A model generated the notes under the pieces. That model did not search any database and was not told the DNA's origin. It was given only the letters and a program-made list of their open reading frames with translations. DNA of 64,000 nucleotides from Octopus vulgaris (lineage: Eukaryota), in assembly GCA_951406725.2 (NCBI GenBank), contig OX597822.1, positions 74,400,001 to 74,464,000 on the forward strand. Reading direction: 5' to 3'. Of this stretch, positions 42,468-53,332 are shown in pieces. The number at the start of each line of letters is the position of its first letter. The first letter of the stretch is position 1. The translations under genes were made by a program, and so were the position numbers.

Positions 42468-43339
42468 TGTATGTATGTATGTATGTATGCACGTATCGGG
42501 CTGCCATACAGTTTACGTCTACCAAATTCGTTAGCAGAGCGTTGGTTGACCCGTTGCTAGAGTAGACGGCGCTAAGACACTTGCCCAAGACACGTTGTTG
42601 CAAAGCAAAATTCTTAACTGCACGTACACACCTGCGTCTGTTCGCTAATTTAAAATAGAATCTTATCTAAGCTTTCGTATTAACTGAGATACCAGAACAT
42701 AACTAAAACCATTACAATGTAACATCGTCACATAGCCAGAGTTTGCAGTGGTGACCTCAAGCAGGCGACGGCACAGGTTATCTGGAGCGGTGGATATGTA
42801 GATCATATTCACTCTAATTGACAAGCTATGTGCCACAGTCTGCTGGACCGAAGTTCACCGAGGTTCTATCTAAACAACAGCAACAATAACAACAACAATA
42901 TGAACGTGGCTGCACCGTTGTTGCACAAATGAACGGAGTATGGAATTATTCAAAGCGGCAAAGGACAGGGGACACAATCGCTTGTGAGGTTTGAACCTAC
43001 TTCACTTAAGCGTTCCGTAGTTTTTTAGAGCATAGATAAGAAAGTTTGTTGCTACGTTGCTCGAGGTTCAATCCATCTCCGCAGCATCTCGGGTAGGTGT
43101 TTCTACTATAGTTCCGGGCTAAACTACTGTCTAGGCAAGAAGACCGACATTCTTCCTGATTGGAATGGTTAGCCATTTACAGGTGGGTGAACTGGAGCAA
43201 CGTAAAATGAAGTGTTTTGCTCAAGAACACAACTCTCCGCGCTGTCAAGGAATCGGACCCACGATCGTGAGTGCAACATCCTAACCAGTAGACCATGCGC
43301 TTTCACACACACACGCACACACACACACACATACATACA

Positions 43340-43373
<34 letters not shown>

Positions 43374-43574
43374 CATACATGTATTTGTGTGTCTCTGTCC
43401 CCCTCTATTGCTTGACAACTGATGTTGGTGTGTTTACGTCCCTGTAGCCTAGCGGTTCGGCAAAAGAATACCGATAGAATAAGTACTAGGCTTACAAAGA
43501 ATAGGTCCTGGGGTTGATTTGTTCGACTGAAGGTAGTGCTCCAGCATGGCCACAATAAAATGACTGAAACAAAT

Positions 43575-43668
43575 AAAAGAATAGCGCAGTAGGCAACGCG
43601 TCAGTGTCATAATGAAACATGAAATCAGAGGCATCTGAAGGTCGTGAGTTCGATCCTCACCTGGGGTA
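43575..43668 (+). tRNA. tRNA-Met(CAT): Intron-containing elongator tRNA-Met(CAT), probable pseudogene lacking its 5' acceptor strand
   Basis: TA-GCGC-AGTAGGCA-ACGC-G-TCAGT-GTCATA-[21 nt, 43612-43632]-A-TCTGA-AGGTC-GTGAG-TTCGATC-CTCAC-CTGGGGT-A closely follows the eukaryotic elongator tRNA-Met. The anticodon CAT is at 43608-43610 and TTTTT at 43674-43678. The 5' acceptor positions read AAAAGAA (a SINE tail), which cannot pair with CTGGGGT. Confidence 0.85.
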
Positions 43669-43679
43669 AACCGTTTTTC

Positions 43680-43863
43680 AGGCGCAAGAGTGGTAGTGTG
43701 GTAAGTAACTTGCTTCCCAAACACATGGTTCCGGGTTCAGTCCCACTACGCGGAACCTTGAGCAAGTGTCTTCTACTATAGCCTCTGGCCAACCAAAGCC
43801 TTGTGAGTGGATTTGGCAGACGAAAACTGAAAGAAGACCGTCGTGTATATGTATGTATGTATA

Positions 43864-43923
<60 letters not shown>

Positions 43924-44131
43924 TGTATATGTTTGTGTGTCTGTGTTTGTCCTCATCCCCATCACTTGATAACCGATGCTGGTGTGTTTATGTCCCCGTA
44001 AATTAGCGGTTCGGCAAAAGCGACCGATAGAATAAGTAGTAGGCTTACAAAGAATAAATCCTGGGATCGATTTGCTCGACTAAAGTCGGTTCTCCAGCAT
44101 GGCCGCAGTCATATGACTGAAACAAGTAAAA
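43680..44131 (+). mobile_element. SINE group A, full copy
   Basis: Same head-microsatellite-tail layout as 22045-22493, starting just after the tRNA-Met terminator. Confidence 0.85.
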
Positions 44132-44155
44132 CAATATATATATATGTATATATAA

Positions 44156-44212
<57 letters not shown>

Positions 44213-44579
44213 GCACTCCGTCGGTTGCGACGACGAGTGTTCCAGTTGATCCGATCAACTGAACAGCCTGCGCGTGAAGTTAACATGCAAGTGGTTGAGC
44301 ACTCCACAGACATGTGTACCCTTAACGTAGTTTTCGGGGGAGATTCAGCGTGACACAGAGTGTAATAAAGCTAGCCCTTTGAAATGCAGGTACAAGAGAA
44401 ACAGGAAGAAAGAGTGAGAGAAAGAGTACACCAGTGTTTGCCATCACCCACAGGCGAAGCCTCTTGAAGCTTTATGCGCTTTAGCTCAGTAAATACTTAC
44501 AACGCCCGGTCTGGGAATCGAAACTGCGATCCTACGACCGCGAGTCGGCTGCCCAACGACTGAGCCATTGCGCCTCCAC

Positions 44580-44644
<65 letters not shown>

Positions 44645-44678
44645 ATATATATATATATGTATGTATATATCTATATAT

Positions 44679-44717
<39 letters not shown>

Positions 44718-44724
<7 letters not shown>

Positions 44725-45016
44725 ATCACGTGACCGACCAGACCATCAGATGTTTTTACACATCGCTGGTCACAATGCGTTCGCATTGTTTTAGCCTTCG
44801 AACGACGCCACCCCGCTGGCTAAGCGAGCAGGCCAACAGAAGAAAGAGAGAGAGAAGAGTCGTGAAAGAGTACAGCAGGGATCACCACCCGCTGCCGAGA
44901 CTCGTGGGGCTTTTAGGTGTTTTCGCTCAATAAACACTCACAACGCCTGGTCTGAGAATCGAAACCGCGATCCTACGACCGCGAGTCCGCTGCCCTACCA
45001 CTAGGCCATTGCGCCT
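44718..45016 (-). mobile_element. SINE with a group-B head and a third tail type, in a (TA)n tract
   Basis: The head matches 21031-21130. The tail GGCCTGCTCGCTTAGCCAGCGGGGTGGCGTC...GGTCGGTCACGTGATCACGTGA matches the solo copy at 55966-56086. Confidence 0.75.
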
Positions 45017-45036
45017 CCACATATATATACATATAT

Positions 45037-45161
<125 letters not shown>

Positions 45162-45179
45162 CACATATAAGTGTGTGGG

Positions 45180-45508
45180 GGGGCAGGTTTGGTAGCCTTC
45201 AACTAACACTATCTCCTCTGAGACCCTGCGACGCAAGTTGACCAAAAATTACTTACATCAAAAAGGTGCTTTTTTTTCTATGAAAATCCCTATTTATTAC
45301 GATTTTTTTACTGCTGTGTCGCCATTTTTCGGTGTATTTCAACCAGAAAAATGTTCGCTTAAAGAGAATAACAAGCTACATAATGCAAAATTTTTACTTT
45401 TCAAAAAAGATTGAAACTATGTCAAAACTTTGTTAACGCGACATCAAAGTCTGCCGTTTGAAGCGCAACTAAAAAAACAAACCCGAGCAACGCCGGGCTA
45501 TATTGCTA

Positions 45509-45509
<1 letters not shown>
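45180..45509 (+). mobile_element. Non-autonomous Helitron 3' end
   Basis: Subterminal hairpin CCCGAGCAACGCCGGG (45482-45497), then CTAG (45506-45509) and T. The 5' limit is uncertain. Confidence 0.65.
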
Positions 45510-45548
<39 letters not shown>

Positions 45549-46118
45549 TGTTGACGTCATAAGAATTTGTAGACGTTTGAGAGAACGTGAAATAATTCAT
45601 TTTCGGAACCAGATCTCGAAGCAGATATAAATAATAACACGGGTTGAAAAGGAACACGTAAAAGATAAAAAATGGAGTTAGATGAAAAGAAGGAAACTGA
45701 ACAAGAACAAAAAAAAATGAACGAGAATGAAGAAATGGTAGAGGGGGAGGGGGTAATGAATCTGAAGAAGAAGGAATAAAACGGTAAAAGCAGAGGTTAG
45801 CATTAAGATGTAATCATATAAGGTTTCACTGGATCAGACAAGACATGAGAGTTCCTTGTGGTTATTGTTGTTGTTGCTGTTGTTTATTTGTTCAGAAGTA
45901 TGTGTATGGTGAGGGTGGTGGTGGTGAGAGTGGTGGTGGTGGTGGTGGTGGTGGAGGGGTGAGGGGGCTGAAACAGTCTACTGGTTTTCTTCTTCCTTCT
46001 CTCCTAGACTGGATGGAGTCTTGTCCTAAGTACACAAACCAATGATCTTCGCTTACACACACACACACATACAGACTCCATTCCTGTAATTTGAACCCTC
46101 GGAACTACCATGACGTAA

Positions 46119-46120
46119 GC

Positions 46121-46161
<41 letters not shown>

Positions 46162-46220
46162 AAGAAGCAGCAGCAGCAGCAATAGTAGTAGCAGCACTAG
46201 CAGCAGTAGCAGCAATTGTT

Positions 46221-46256
<36 letters not shown>

Positions 46257-46316
46257 TAAGCAGCAATTGTAGTAGGGGTAGCAGTAGTAGTAGCAGCAGC
46301 AGGAGCAGCAATTGTT

Positions 46317-46395
<79 letters not shown>

Positions 46396-46412
46396 CAGCA
46401 GGAGCAGCAATT

Positions 46413-46456
<44 letters not shown>

Positions 46457-46540
46457 TAGTAGTAGTAGAGGCGGCGGTGGTGGTGGTGGTGGTGGTGGTG
46501 GTTTTGGTGGTAGTGGTGGTGGTGGTGGTAGTGGTAGTGG
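46119..46540. repeat. Compound (AGT)n/(AGC)n/(GGT)n microsatellite
   Basis: Read directly. It is the source of the poly-Thr/Ser/Leu ORFs. Confidence 0.95.
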
Positions 46541-46559
46541 AGGAGCAGGAGAAAGAGAG

Positions 46560-47230
46560 GTGACGCTATTTGTGGAAGGGGTGCAATGCGGCAACAAATC
46601 CACAATTTGACGAATGAGAAGGGCTGTGTGATACTCGATTCTGAGCAGATGATGTGTGCTGCTTTTCAGTGTCACTTAGCTCAGCCGGGACGAAAGGTGG
46701 ACCCGAGACGTGGAGGCCTGACTTTATAGACTGCCTCGACGGCCTGCTGCACTTTCTGCATCACATCTCTCTGGCAAAGCAGCAGTCCTGGATCAAGCGT
46801 AGCCTGAGGCAGGACACCAGGAACCTTGAGCGCAGTCAGACGCTCTCAGACGTCTGTTAGTCGGGCAATGCGAGCGGTGGATGGAGCCATCATAGCGTTA
46901 TATAGAGGATTAGTGGTGGATAAGTCTTTCGCACCGGTGCTCATAAATAACTTTCAGAAATCCTTGGTTTGAAGTACTGTTGGGATAAACTTCACAGACA
47001 TGATGGTGCCGTCAGCCAGGCCTGTCAGTGATGAGCGCAGAGGGACGGAATCGTGCTGCTTGCGCTTATACAACGCTTGAGCATAGCTGACTTGTTGAAC
47101 TATGTCGAACAGCTACTACCATGTGTAGGATGGATGCGGCTATTGGCCGCCTCCATGGTGAAGATCACACCGTCGCCTTCCTTTGACTGGGAAGCGAAAG
47201 AGGTTGTGTGTTGACGAGACCAAAAGAAGT
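46560..47230 (+). pseudogene. Degenerate, internally deleted L1/Tx1-like LINE ORF2 remnant
   Basis: A GC-richer island. Fragments IHNLTNEKGCVILDSEQMMCAAFQCHLAQ, QSWIKRS, NNFQKSLV* and DKLHRHDGAVSQACQ**AQRDGIVLLALIQRLSIADLLNYVEQLL...AKEVVC resemble the L1/Tx1 pre-RT region and the decayed C-terminal CCHC region, with stops and frameshifts. Confidence 0.55.
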
Positions 47231-47794
47231 AAGAACGGACACTTTTTTCTTCCGCCAAGCCCTTATCCACTTCTATTTCTTTTTTGTTTGTAATATTATT
47301 CTGCTGCCCTGAACGGTCTGCTTAAGTAACACTAACTATGAGTGAAATCGGAAACATAATCTACTACACGCACAACATTTATATTATTCGTAAGTCAATA
47401 TACAGGTATATTATTGAACGAAATCTGAAGCATAGTCTCAATTTTACTTACTAATAAACCGTATCCGAAAAGTTTCATCTAACCTATCAGATTATTCGGG
47501 AAGCCAATAAGGAGTGATGTCATTCCTTGACTCCTTTAAAAAATTTTTATTCATTCGATAATATCTTTTGGTGTAGCCAACCCACTACAATCTTCACGGT
47601 TGCTTGGTTCAAGTAATCTGATACATAGATTGGGTGAAGCAATTATATACCAAGAGAGCAATTCCTCTTTTTCTCGGTGAAATTGTCTTGCGGCAAAATT
47701 TCTTACGCGGCGAACTTTCCTATGACCAAAAATCTTGACGCGAATTTTCCTGCATCAAAAATGTTTACGGCCAATGTTCCTAGAACCCTATTGA

Positions 47795-47980
47795 ACAGTA
47801 TTTAAGAGATAAGAAATTATGTACATTATTTACATTATTCACATTTGACGGGTATTTGTCCTCATTTTGTTTGTTGTTAACACAACATTTCGGGTGATAT
47901 ACCCTCCAGCCTTCATCAGGTGTCTTGGGGAAATTTCGAACCTAGGTTCTCATTCCTAAGGTATTTTTCGATGTCGTTGT
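47795..47980 (-). mobile_element. 3' half of the same hammerhead-bearing element
   Basis: The reverse complement matches 17343-17482 (CATCGAAAAATACCTTAGGAATGAGAACCTAGGTTCGAAATTTCCCCAAGACACCTGATGAAGGCTG...ATGAGGACAAATACCCGTCAAATGTG). The hammerhead motif is at 47879-47924. Confidence 0.75.
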
Positions 47981-48015
47981 TATTATTATTATCATCATCA
48001 TTATTATTATTATTA

Positions 48016-48080
<65 letters not shown>

Positions 48081-48304
48081 TATGTTTGACTTTTGCTTTA
48101 TATTTGTACAAGTTGGCTCCAAGTCTCACCCAGAGACCTCAAGAGACAACATGGTTGGAAGTTCATGTTGTTGTTATGCCTAGTGTGCCATATATTTGGG
48201 GGTGGGGATGTTGTACTAATGAATGTCTAAAAAAAAAAAAAAAAGGTTTTTTTTTTTTTTTTTTTTTTTTAAACCGAAAATTATGTTTGTTTTAAACCTT
48301 GAGA

Positions 48305-50690
48305 TTACATAGAGAGTATTTTGCGTAGGATATGAGCAGTTCCCATGAGCACTATCTTTTGAACTTCTGCCATTTTTGGGTTTCCTGGTATCTGAGTTAG
48401 GTAGCTATCAGCCCCTTTTGCTATCATTCCCAGGGCACCTATGACAACAGGTATTGTTTTAGTCTTCAGCTTCCACATTTTGCTGATTTCTATTTCAAGA
48501 TCTTTATATTTGCTCAGTTTTTGGTAGGTCTTGACAGATACGTTTATATCGATTGGGACAGTCATATCAATGAGGAGGCATGTTCTTTGTTTGAAGTTTT
48601 TCAATATGATGTCTGGCCTATTTGCATCTATCTTCCTGTCAGTTTGAATGGTGAAGTTCCAGAGGAGTGAGATGTGGTCATTTTCAAGCACTGGGGGTGG
48701 TTTGTGTTCCCACCAGTTTTTTTCATGGGGCAAATCCAGGTTTTTACAGATTACCCAGTGAATATATTGTGCAGCTCTATCGTGCCTGTTGAGATACTCT
48801 GTAGGCGCTAGAAGACTGCACTTGGAGACCACATGGTCAATGGTTTCATTTTGTTGCTTGCATACACGACACGTTGGACTGCTTCTGATCTTTAATATGT
48901 TGGCCTGGTAGTTTCTTGTTGGTAGGCATTGATCTTGAGCTGCTATGATAAACCCCTCTGTTTCAGATTTTAAGCCAGAGGCCATTAGCCATTGATGGGT
49001 CAGGGCTTTGTCGATATCTGCATTATTCGCTCTCTTTGGGTATTTGCCATAGAGAGGTTTTTCTTGCCATTTATTATTCAGAATATCTAAGGCCGCAGTT
49101 TTGGCACGGGTTTTCATGCGCCTAGCTTTTTCTGTGCTTGTTTCTTGTATATCTATCTCTAATTCCGAAATTGGTTGTATTCGGAATTCACTTAGATATT
49201 CCTTTGCCTGTTTTGTGACTGAGTATGATGCTTTCTTGTTTTCATGTTTTGAGACAAGTTTTAGCATCCAGTCCTCAGAGTTTTTCAGGTAGGTGTCTAG
49301 GCCAATTGTAGCAATCTTCATTGTTATTGCCAGTTGCAAAAGACCACGGCCTCCCTCTTTTCTTGGCAGATAGAGTCGTTCTGTATCTGCCTTAGAGTGG
49401 TGCATTCTATGCATTGTCAACAGTTTCCTTATTTTTCTGTCGAGCTGACATATTTCAGTAATTGACCAGTTAACAATATTGAAACTGTAAGTCACGACTG
49501 GTATAGCTAATGCATTGATTGCTTCGATCCTGTTTCTTGCATTCAGCTCTGTCTTGAGTATTGCTCTCACTCTTCGATAGCATTCTCTCCTGATCCTTTC
49601 CTTCATCTCTGAATGCCTTATTCCGTTCCCTTCAATTATCCCTAGGTACTTGTAGCTCTCCGCTGGGTCTAGTTCTTTTATGACATTCTGTTGGTCAAGG
49701 TTAACGTTAGATGTTTCTGTCATTTTTCCTTTGATAAAGGTAGCCTTTGCACATTTATCGAGGCCGAATTGCATTCTGATGTCGTCACTGAATTGTTTGA
49801 CTATCGCTAGTAAGCCCTTGAGTTGTTGATCATTTTTTGCAAAAAGCTTTAAATCATCCATGTAAACGAGATGATTTATATTTTTATCAAACATTTTATA
49901 CCCGTACTGCGCGTCATTGAGCAGCTTTGAGAGAGGTATTAAGGATAAACAAAAGAGGAGTGGTGACAGTGAGTCACCCTGGAAAATGCCACACGAAATT
50001 TTTACATCACCAGCATTTAGGGATTCACTGTCACTGTTCAGAGTTAGTGTGGTTCTCCATGATCTCATACTTACAGTCAAGAAGTTTCGCAGAGTTGGTG
50101 CTATCTTATACATTTCAAGGCATTTCCTAATCCAGCTATGTGGTAGGCTATCAAAAGCCTTTTTATAGTCTAACCAGGCTATTGATAAGTTTTTGTGTCG
50201 TTTGTGACAATCTTCTAAGATCATCTTATTGATGAGTAGTTGGTCTTTACAGCCGTAGGATCCACGTTTACATCCTTTCTGTTCATTAGGGAATATGCTG
50301 CTGTCTGTTAAAAAACTATAGGTATATTCCGTCAGGACAGATGTTAGTGTTTTGTACATAGTTGTTAAGCAAGTTATGGGTCTATAGTTTTTTGGTTCAT
50401 TTGTTTCTTCACTTTTTGGAAGCAGGAATGTTAACCCATTAACTAGCCAAGGAGGCATCCTACTAGGGTGTTGCAAAACATCATTGTACAGTTCTGTTAG
50501 CAGTTCATGGCTCTCTGGGAAGGCATTCAGCCAGAAGTTAGGAATTTTATCCTTTCCTGGAGACTTCCATTTGCTTGACCTCCTGAGAGCAGATCTTATA
50601 TCTTCTACCTTGACACCCTCCCACTTTTGCTCTTCTAAGGGGTCCAGTTCTGTAGATATTCTGTCAATCCAGGGGGCCTTTTCGTTGTGT
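48305..50690 (-). CDS. Non-LTR retrotransposon polyprotein, C-terminal part: reverse transcriptase + CCHC zinc finger + restriction-like endonuclease (R4/Dong-type)
   Basis: ORF 48305..50848 carries RT motifs KSPGKDKI, NYRPITCL, EQKGC, WLDYKKAFDSLPH, GIFQGDSLSPLLF, YMDDLKL, YKYLG and RLYLPRKEGGRGL. These are followed by CRVC..H..C, RHD, RPD..D and K..KY of an RLE. The genuine frame starts near HNEKAPW at about 50690. Confidence 0.95.
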
Positions 50691-52121
50691 TTTTTCTTCT
50701 GCCCAGATTTTATTCCAAAATCTCTGCACTTCTTCTTTTGATGGTACAGACCCTGCAGTAAACGCTGTTTTTCCCATCTTCCTGTAAAAATTCTTGGTGT
50801 TATTTTTGAACATGTTGTTGTCCTTGAAAAATCTAACACGCTTTTCATACCTCGCTATGCGGGCAGCTTTGGCAGATACCTTTTGTTTGATGGTTTCTAT
50901 GGTGGCATCAATATCAAGTATAGTTTTCATATTGTATTTTTTCAGTAATTTTTGGGTTTTTGTAGGTTTGGTAATCTTGTGAGCCTTAAGGTTTTTCAAA
51001 TATTCAATGTCAGATCTAAATATTTTAATTTGTTGTTGCAGACGCTCTTGCCAAGAAGGCTTTTTGTGGGACTGTTGCCGTTTTCTAATCTTTACACCAC
51101 ATAGGATCGTTGAGATTTTCGCGGATGCATAGTATAGGTGGTTGAGGTTTGTGATATCAACATCATTAACTGAAATTATATCCTTAAGTGCAAGCCGGAT
51201 TTTACCAATTATTTTCATGTTTTGGTTAGAGTTGCGGATTTTAGGAAGTGTATCACGCTCATCCATGCTGGTTTCTTTAATTTTCAGCCATTCAATCATG
51301 ATTTGATTTTTTAGCTCATGTAGTTCTGTTGGGTCAATATTTGTGTGACTTTCTTTATCTATTTGATGCTCATCTGTCTTAGTGTTTATGATTGGTTCAG
51401 GGCGTATTTCACTTTGCCTATCACTTATACTAACTCTTTCAATCCTCTCTTCGTTTTTATCCGCCCTGGGCTGGTCTATAATCATTTCCTCTGTATTATC
51501 TTCTCTAGCTGCAGCTTCGTTCATTTTATCCGATATTGCTTGTCTAACCTGATCAATCTCTACTTCAGTCAGTAATTTCTTTTTTATAATGTTTCTTCTA
51601 ACATTGGCAAGCCTGTTACTGTCTATGTAGGGTCTTACTTCAGGGTGTTTCTGTCTCCAGTTTAAGTATGCTTGTACAGTGCTAGACTTATCTGTGGGGA
51701 AATATATGGCATGGTAGAAGGCTTCAAGAACTTCTTTATTATCTTCCCTAGACCATTTTTCCTTCTTTTTCTTTTGATTATTTGGTGATGAGCATGGATG
51801 GCCATCTGTTGGAATATTCCGGTTGTGGGGTTCGTCCAGCTCCTGTGTGTTGGGAAGATTTGATCCAGTAACTGATTTTTCAATCAGGATTTGGTTCAAT
51901 TTTCGGGTACGTGGTCTTTTGTAATCCGCGCAATGACCAATGCGGTTTATTGTTTGATTTGTTGACCTTGAAGCATGACGAGCATCCATTCTTATATTAG
52001 GAGATGGATCTGTCAGTTTAGGGTTCACTACGTGTAAGCATTGCTCATAGCGCCGCTTCTTAAGACTAGCAGATCTATATTCGTCTGTATTTTTTTTGTT
52101 GATAGTTTTATCTCCGGACAT
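50691..52121 (-). CDS. N-terminal part of the same retrotransposon ORF (Myb-like DNA-binding region), separated by a frameshift
   Basis: ORF 50664..52166 contains KWSREDNKEVLEAFYHA...WRQKHP...RLANVRRNIIKKKLLTEVEI, a Myb-like segment seen in R4-type elements. It ends FWNKIWAEEK, which joins HNEKAPWI of the RT ORF across an A-run at about 50690-50695. The first ATG is at 52121; the true start is uncertain. Confidence 0.85.
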
Positions 52122-52916
52122 TTTTTTTTTTTTTTTTTTTTCCTTTCCTCCTCTTCCTTTCTTCAAGGCTTACTGTGTCTGTATTAGTTCGAAATAATGA
52201 GAATAAAATACGGAGAAGGAAACGAAAAGAAAGGGAAAAAGACGGGATCTGTCAGTTATTATTGTTATTACTATCATCTTCACCACCATCACCATCATCA
52301 GCAACATCACCATCACCATCATCATCTTCAATGACATTGTTTTATGTGTAGCCACAGCCACCATCAACACTCCATTGTGTTGGAGAATGGGTGGTTAAAG
52401 AATTCATGTTCTTTGGGTCTATAAATAGCCACGGTAGATGGAGACAAAGGACGTTAATGGTCAGTAAAAGGTCAAACCTGTTTACGTTTATTTATTTATT
52501 TATTTATTTTTTTCCTTTCTCTTTTCTTCTTCACCACATGCATATGTATATGTATATATATGTATATTCACTCACACATATTATCTGATGTTTTCGTCGA
52601 AGATTTTTTTTCTTTTTTTTAATAACTTTCTGAGTTCAATGTTATGTATATATTTTTAAATTTCTGAATTCAGTTGTATGTATATAGTAGTAGGTGCTTA
52701 ATTCCATAACTTTTTATCGTGCATTTAATTGTGTTGTTACAATAAAAGGTAATTTAAAAGGCAATTTTACACATTCTTATAGTCATGAGAGACGACTAAA
52801 TGTAAATGTTCACACAGAATTGGAGATATTTATGTTTCTAATTTTTCTTGTTAGGTGTACGTTTGTATGAGCTGTAGATATGTAAGTTTTTTTTTTTTAC
52901 TTATTTTGAGGGTAAT

Positions 52917-52920
<4 letters not shown>

Positions 52921-52947
<27 letters not shown>

Positions 52948-53063
52948 CATTATTATTATTATTCAGGTTACTGCTTGGAATCGAATTCGGAATCTTGGGG
53001 TTAGTAGTCCGCGCTCTTAACCGCTACGCCATGTGCCCGTGAGCATATGTATGGCGTAGTGGT

Positions 53064-53094
<31 letters not shown>

Positions 53095-53187
53095 AAGAAG
53101 AAGAAGAAGAAGAAGAAGAAGAAGAAGAAGAAGAAGAAGAAGAAGAAGAAGAAGAAGAAGAAGAAGAAGAAGAAGAAGAAGAAGAAG

Positions 53188-53218
<31 letters not shown>

Positions 53219-53332
53219 TTCCTCAAACACCCGATGAAGGCTTGGAGGCTATATCAGCCGAAACGTTGTGTTAACAACAAACAAGATGAGGACAAATATC
53301 AGTCATATGTAAATAACGTAAATAATGTAAAT
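52921..53332. mobile_element. Head-to-head copy of the same element: minus-strand head plus a plus-strand copy interrupted by (GAA)n
   Basis: 52963-53044 is the reverse-complement tRNA head. 53050-53066 restarts the head on the plus strand, followed by about 50 GAA units, the hammerhead (53226-53272) and the tail. Confidence 0.7.

Larger units (their letters stand above)
48079..52920 (-). mobile_element. R4/Dong-like non-LTR retrotransposon, near full length, in a (TAA)n tract
   Basis: The 3' UTR (48079-48304) runs straight into (TTA)n at 47980-48078 on the plus strand. Another (TTA)n lies at 52921-52962. The 5' boundary is uncertain, somewhere between about 52170 and 52920. Confidence 0.8.

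Noticed and set aside
46004-46675. 223-aa Pro/Thr-rich mucin-like ORF
   Set aside because: It is derived almost entirely from AGT/GGT microsatellites.
46654-46860. 68-aa ORF after a TTTTCAG acceptor-like site as a host exon
   Set aside because: Neighbouring frames carry L1/Tx1-like fragments with stops, so a decayed LINE explains it better.
47680-47790. ~15-bp periodic GC-containing motifs (also about 58690-58750)
   Set aside because: Probably subterminal repeats of an old DNA transposon, but too degenerate to define.
48305-52166. Interpretation as a two-ORF LINE, telomerase or a prokaryotic RT system
   Set aside because: The RT + CCHC + RLE order and the clean join across one A-run indicate a single-ORF RLE non-LTR element.
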